From a virus (Duplodnaviria > Caudoviricetes): a stretch of DNA of 60,874 bases. The notes below the pieces were generated by a model. That model was not told the DNA's origin. It saw nothing but the letters and a program-made list of their open reading frames with translations, and ran no database searches. Location of the stretch: IMG/VR virus record IMGVR_UViG_3300012913_000002, positions 1 through 60,874 of that record; one strand, 5' to 3'. Shown here piece by piece: positions 57,037-60,874 of this stretch (its first letter is position 1; each line of letters opens with the position of its first letter). The position numbers and the translations under genes are program-made.

Positions 57037-58306
57037 AGGCCTTTCAGGGATCAGCCGCTCAACTCCGTCTCGGTTGCCTGGCAGCGGATTCCCTGGTGGT
57101 TCCAGAGGATGCCGACAGCCCGTTCGAGCGGATCGCTCTGGGGCGGAAGACGGTTGCCGCAGCGATGGCAGTTGATCGTGCCGTCGCTGTTCACGTCCTT
57201 GACCATGTGCTCGGGGATCTTGACCGGCCCGACCCCAGGGATGTCGATCTCGACCCGCTTCATCGTGCGGTCCGCACGAACGTCTCGAAACCGTCTACCT
57301 CGCAGGCGAGCCGGGCTCCGGCCACTTCCTGCTCGGTCCAGTCGCTGATGTCGATGGTGGCGCGCTGTCCGCCGCCCGCGATGACCATGATTGCCATGAT
57401 TGACCTTTCGTTGGGGACCAGCGTCATCTGGTCCGAGTGCGAGGCGGCGCTGCTTCGATGCTGACCCGCTCGCTCCTTGCTCTGGGTAGTACGTTACTCG
57501 CTTGTCAACTCCTTGTCAACTCAGTCTGTGTGCTGCGATGATCCGGTCGATCCGGCCGTGAATCTCGTTGCGGCGCTTGGCCTGGTCGCGCTTCACCAGC
57601 CGTGCCGCCGCCTGGTCCATCTCGCGGCGCAGGCCGATCGACGTCCACGCCCGGACGATCTCGGTGCCGCACTTGACACCCTTGCTCGTTGGCTGGTCGT
57701 AACGCATCAGCGTCACCTTGCCGATCTTGCGCATGGCCCCGTCCACGACACTGCCGGGGACGGGTGCGCAGTTGGCTTCGTAGGTGACCATCAGGGCTTC
57801 GGCCGGATGCGGCTGTAGGTGCTGTCTTCCTTGTACTGGTAGGCACTGACGGGCAGGTCCCCGTGCAGGACCATTCCGATGAATGCCCGTCCGTACATCC
57901 TGAATTCGTGGCCATCGACCCGCACGACGTACCAGCCGTTCGGCTTGATCCCACCGATCTCCAGGTCTTCGCGGGTGAGCGTCCGCATCAGAGGTTGCGG
58001 TTGGTGAAGTAGTAATCGTCACCGTGTACGGCCTTGCCGATGTTCATCACCAACCACGCGGTCATGTCCATCCCGACGCCGTTGACGATGAACCCGTCAT
58101 GCTTGCGATCGACCTTCAGATCGGTGTCGTCCGCCAGGCTGCGCAGGTAGCGGGTGTCGCTGTCCACGATCATGACCACGTCGATGACGCGCTTCATGCC
58201 GGACTGCGAGACGTGACGGACGATGGTGTAGAGCGTGGTGCCCTTCGGTGCTGCCTTCAGCAGGTTCCAGGCGTACGACTTCTCGCTCATGGTCTTACCT
58301 TTCGTT

Positions 58307-58362
58307 GTGCCCAAGCGGGCTGTGGTTGGTTACTACTGCCGGGCGACTTGTGCCGCCCGGCA
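58307..58362 (-). repeat. Intergenic hairpin cassette copy 2
   Basis: Identical to 56981-57036. Confidence 0.9.
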
Positions 58363-58461
58363 GGGACGTTGGTGGCTGATCAGACCATGATGTTCACGGC
58401 CCTCCTTCCGTTGGTGTCTCTGTGCTGCTGGGTAGTACGCTACTCAGTTGTTAAGCGTTTG

Positions 58462-59082
58462 TCAACCCCTTCCGGCCTGCCGCCGCACGCTGGCGGCAAC
58501 TCTGATCATGGTCTCGCGCCACACGGTCCAGGTGACCGCTTGCATCTGTGACGGCGTGATCCCAGCCTCGGCGGCAGCCTTGCGGTATGCCGTTGCGTAC
58601 GCCTCGTATTGCCCCTTGCGTCCGAGTGCCGTCACTTCGGACTCGGTGGCCTGGCGACCGTGAGCAACGCTCATTGCGTGACGGTCGATCACCACATCAT
58701 GCGTGTTGGTCGGATCGGCGATCACCAGAGCGAAAGCCGTTGTCTTGGGTGCCTTCAGTGTTTCGACGACGTCCGCGCCGTTGTAGATGGCGTCAGCCTT
58801 GCGAACCGACATCCCGAGGCAGCCGGACGAGATGCCACCTTCGGCATAGGTGCGGATGGCCAGTGTCTGATTGCGTGCCCAGTCCATCTGTGGCGACAGT
58901 GCGCTGATCACGCCAGCGGCACGGAGCACACTGTGGTCGGCCGATCGAGCCAGCGTCACGGCCAGAGCGTGAGCCTCTGCGTACCAGGCCATTCCGTCCG
59001 CTCGCTGTGCGTCGGACGCCTTGCGGTAGAGGCTGAGGATGTTCTCGGCCAGTGTGTCGATGTCCAGCGCCGTTGTCGTCAT
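58462..59082 (-). CDS. Phage protein with DNA-glycosylase/HhH-like motifs (DUF7178-like)
   Basis: GMAWY, AAGVISALSPQ.DW..N, KT.AF, VVIDRHA, PSQMQAVTW. Confidence 0.55.
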   Translation of the reverse strand: MTTTALDIDTLAENILSLYRKASDAQRADGMAWYAEAHALAVTLARSADHSVLRAAGVISALSPQMDWARNQTLAIRTYAEGGISSGCLGMSVRKADAIYNGADVVETLKAPKTTAFALVIADPTNTHDVVIDRHAMSVAHGRQATESEVTALGRKGQYEAYATAYRKAAAEAGITPSQMQAVTWTVWRETMIRVAASVRRQAGRG

Positions 59083-59130
59083 GAGTAGTACGCTATCCTT
59101 CCATGTGGTGACTTGTCAAGCGGTTGTCAT

Positions 59131-59182
59131 GCGGCTTGGATGCTACTGCCGGGCGACTTATGCCGCCCGGCAGGGCCTTTCA
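59131..59182 (-). repeat. Intergenic hairpin cassette copy 3
   Basis: GCGGCTTGGATGCTACTGCCGGGCGACTTATGCCGCCCGGCAGGGCCTTTCA. Confidence 0.85.
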
Positions 59183-59356
59183 GTTACGGAGGCGAGGGTC
59201 GACGTTCCACATCGGCATGTTCGTTTCGACATGCCAGCCGCAACCGTCATGAGCGAACGTGCCAGCATCAGGGCAGTTGGCGCGCTCTAGGTCATCGTCC
59301 TCCGGCTCGCGACCCATTGCCTCAGTGAAGCGCGTTTTGGTGATACGTTCGCTCAC
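59180..59356 (-). CDS. 58-aa Cys/His-containing protein (not in the ORF track)
   Basis: VSERITKTRFTEAMGREPEDDDLERANCPDAGTFAHDGCGWH...; GTGA overlap; stop lies inside the cassette. Confidence 0.55.
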   Translation of the reverse strand: MSERITKTRFTEAMGREPEDDDLERANCPDAGTFAHDGCGWHVETNMPMWNVDPRLRN

Positions 59357-59606
59357 TTCGCAGGCTCCATCGTTTCGATGCGACCGGCCGCACTCAGCGT
59401 CATGGTGACCATGTCGCCGTTACGCATTCCACGGTTGCCGAACCCGTAGCACCATGCCGCGTCACTCTGGCTGGTACGCATCTCGCCGTCATCGAACGCG
59501 ATGCGGTAGCGCGGGTTTCCGTTGACACTGCTGTTGAGCCGTTCGCTTGCCACAATGCGAGCCGTCACGGTCTGCTTGGCCATTGTCTTGCCTCTCGATA
59601 GAGGGG

Positions 59607-59653
59607 TTGGATGCTACGGCCAGGCGACTTGTGCCGACTGGCCGGGCTTTTCA
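59607..59653 (-). repeat. Intergenic hairpin cassette copy 4
   Basis: TTGGATGCTACGGCCAGGCGACTTGTGCCGACTGGCCGGGCTTTTCA. Confidence 0.85.
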
Positions 59654-59869
59654 CTTCTCTTGCGCGTCCCACATCCGGACGACATCGTTGCAGAAGTTGA
59701 CTGACACCATGACCGATGCGATCTTGCCAGCGGCGAGGATGTCGAACACCTCGGGCGGCATCTTGAGTCGAGGCGACAGGTTGAACCTTCCGCCATCGGC
59801 TTGCACGATGCGGACCGTGCCGCCTTCCGTTTCGGTCATCTGTGCGATGTCGAACCGCATCTCAGCCAT
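59651..59869 (-). CDS. Small protein, duplicate of 60234-60458
   Basis: RFDIA...GTVRI.Q.DGG.F...ASVMVSV.F...VVRMWDAQEK shared. Confidence 0.7.
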   Translation of the reverse strand: MAEMRFDIAQMTETEGGTVRIVQADGGRFNLSPRLKMPPEVFDILAAGKIASVMVSVNFCNDVVRMWDAQEK

Positions 59870-60184
59870 CAGAACTCCTCCACCTTGACGCCCATGCGCG
59901 GCCCGAACTCAAGCCGTGCGTACGGGTCGCCGTACGAAATGCCGTCCCATGCTCTGGCATCGAACAGATCGGCCCAAGATGCCGGGCCGCCGCCGTAACC
60001 ATCGGCCAGGATGTAGTCGTGGCCCGAGGCGCGAGCCTCGCGCTTGTAGTACGCCTTGGCTTCCTCGATGTTGGCGAACGTGTTCTGCTTGCTCGGTGGC
60101 TCCGGGTACGGATTGGTGCGACCGAACGTCTGAAACGATGCGTGGATCTTGCTCGGATGGCGCATGACGTGCCCCTTAGGTAGT

Positions 60185-60236
60185 GCGGCTTGGATGCTAC
60201 GGCCAGGCGACTTGTGCCGACTGGCCGGGCCTTTCA
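60185..60236 (-). repeat. Intergenic hairpin cassette copy 5
   Basis: GCGGCTTGGATGCTACGGCCAGGCGACTTGTGCCGACTGGCCGGGCCTTTCA. Confidence 0.85.
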
Positions 60237-60458
60237 CTTCTCTTGCGCGTCCCACATCCGGACGACACTGTTCGTGAAGTCGACGGACACCATGACCGAC
60301 GCAACCTTGCCCTTGTCCATGATGTCGAACACGGCATCCGGAATCGCCAGCCGTGGGCGGAGCACGAACGATCCGCCATCGTGTTGCATGATGCGTACGG
60401 TCCCGTTCTCGTCGCCGATGATTGCTGCGATGTCGAACCGCTTTTCAACGTTGGCCAT
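60234..60458 (-). CDS. Small protein, duplicate of 59651-59869
   Basis: Same motifs as 59651-59869; identical C-terminal VVRMWDAQEK. Confidence 0.7.
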   Translation of the reverse strand: MANVEKRFDIAAIIGDENGTVRIMQHDGGSFVLRPRLAIPDAVFDIMDKGKVASVMVSVDFTNSVVRMWDAQEK

Positions 60459-60874
60459 TGCCTTGCCTCTCAGTTGAGTGGGTAGCGCTTGAGTGTGTCG
60501 ATGGCTTCATCGACGGTCATGCCGCTTTCGATCATGGTCACCCGGACATCCTGTCCTGTCGGCACGCTGGGATCGTTGCGCCGCATCTCGTCCACGATGC
60601 TTTCGATGGCGCTGCACAGGTGACCGTATGCCTGGTCCTGGCCTGCGGTGAGCCCGTTCGCCACGTTGATCCTGTACTGCATGGTGTCCAGCGTCATGGC
60701 GTACGCCAGCAGTTCCTTGTTCGTGAGCCGGGCCATCAGATGTCTCTCCAGTTCGGGCAGTCGAAGGGCTCGAAGCCGCCCCTGTCGACCCAATCGTGCA
60801 GGTCTTTGCGTAGCCATCGCGCCTCTTCCAGGTCGCCATCTGCGACTGCCTGCCGCAATGCCGCGAGCGTTGCA

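Larger units (their letters stand above)
1..60874. mobile_element. Actinobacteriophage / phage-plasmid genome segment
   Basis: Tail and lysis genes, phage-type primase-helicase, many small coupled ORFs, no host housekeeping genes. Confidence 0.85.

Noticed and set aside
58380-58409. 5-codon micro-ORF (VNIMV) with an AGGAGG-like RBS behind the 58.46 kb promoter
   Set aside because: RBS spacing is poor for either possible start, and the ORF is too short to support without ribosome profiling.
56981-60236. CRISPR array or integron interpretation of the hairpin repeats
   Set aside because: The spacing is irregular, hundreds of bp to over 1 kb, and contains whole genes. There are no cas genes or integron integrase, and no attC RYYYAAC/GTTRRRY ends.
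1-60874. Integrase, relaxase, ParA/ParB, reverse transcriptase/DGR
   Set aside because: No tyrosine or serine recombinase, HUH/MOB, deviant Walker A or YxDD RT motifs were recognised in the translated ORFs. They may lie outside the window.

Overview
This is a high-GC, densely coding window that reads as part of a tailed actinobacterial phage or phage-plasmid. The layout is: minor tail genes with an antisense HNH insertion (<1-4.8 kb); a lysis cassette (membrane proteins, amidase, holin; 4.9-7.1 kb); then, directly after the holin terminator, an apparently intact Gram-positive-type conjugation (T4SS/MPF-like) operon (7.3-14.5 kb). That operon encodes pilin/VirB3-like membrane proteins, a VirB4-like ATPase, a VirB6-like polytopic protein, a VirB8/TcpC-like bitopic protein and an SLT+M15 wall hydrolase. 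Next come an iteron-bearing origin-like region with a Prim-Pol/SF3 primase-helicase, and DNA-metabolism genes (PD-(D/E)XK exonuclease, MazG-like, vWA, SSB-like, two endonuclease VII). There is a second, reverse-oriented structural-looking module (30.5-33.9 kb) and a very large number of small accessory ORFs. These include an HNH-TM-FtsK fusion (candidate coupling protein/nickase), a DUF2637/SpdA-like membrane protein, a JAB/JAMM protease, a miniature TVGYG K+ channel and an orphan HicA-like protein. Non-coding structure includes about 18 promoters built from (T/C)TGWCA boxes phased at 11 bp, two related origin-like elements 35 kb apart with a flipped core, a five-copy covarying hairpin cassette and a candidate small RNA. 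The headline hypothesis is a virion-encoding phage with its own relaxase-less conjugative transfer system. No integrase, relaxase, ParA/B, capsid or terminase is recognisable inside the window. All family calls come from motifs read by eye, not from database searches.
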